DNA of 64,000 nt from Squalus acanthias. Lineage: Eukaryota. The stretch is taken from assembly GCA_030390025.1 (NCBI GenBank), contig CM059438.1:65598001-65662000 (forward strand). Direction: 5' to 3'. A program made the translations under genes and the position numbers. Of the stretch, positions 63,722 to 64,000 are shown one piece after another (position 1 is the stretch's first letter; each line of letters starts with the position of its first letter). Under the pieces are notes generated by a model, which saw nothing but the letters and a program-made list of their open reading frames with translations, was not told the DNA's origin and made no database searches.

Positions 63722-64000
63722 GAAAAGAAAACAAAAGAAAGACTTGCATTTATGTAACACCTTTCAGGACCTCAGGATGCCTCAAAGCTCTTTAAAGTCA
63801 ATGAAGTACTTTTGAAGTGTAGTCACTGTTGGAATGTAGGAAACCCTGCAGCCAATTTACATGCAGCCAGGTCCCACCAACAGCAATGTGATAATGACCA
63901 GATCATCTGTGTTTTAGTGATATTGGTTGAGGGATAAATATTGGCCAGCAAAAGGAGAGCTCCCTTGCTCTTCTTCAAAATAGTGTCGTGGAATCTTTTA
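63722..64000 (-). mobile_element. SINE (DeuSINE/SacSINE1-like), runs off the window
   Basis: Homology to ~7898-8170. Confidence 0.8.

Overview
Eukaryotic vertebrate genomic DNA, most likely from a cartilaginous fish (shark) judging by its repeat families; that taxon call is inference. The window is dominated by transposable elements. (1) At least six PIF/Harbinger DNA transposons, complete or deleted, each built from a DDE transposase gene and a convergent, spliced Myb/SANT accessory gene. (2) At least six short Harbinger-like MITEs. (3) Many CR1 LINE fragments, a young RTE LINE with a 35-bp target-site duplication (TSD) nested in a CR1, plus RTEX-like and L2 3' fragments. (4) tRNA-derived DeuSINE/SacSINE1-like SINEs. 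(5) Short Penelope-like termini carrying minimal hammerhead-ribozyme motifs. Between the repeats, on the minus strand, are three phase-compatible 3' exons (37645-37696, 32478-32553, 31307-31466) of a host protein-coding gene I cannot name, with candidate upstream exons. The most interesting signals are: the same ~1-kb transposase deletion in two divergent Harbinger subfamilies; non-coding MITEs that keep introns, promoter motifs and long hairpins; an AT-hook/coiled-coil architecture in the Harbinger Myb partner; and ribozyme-bearing inserts whose 5' ends all fall at the catalytic core. Family names come from motif recognition, not database searches. Repeat boundaries without a TIR or TSD are approximate.
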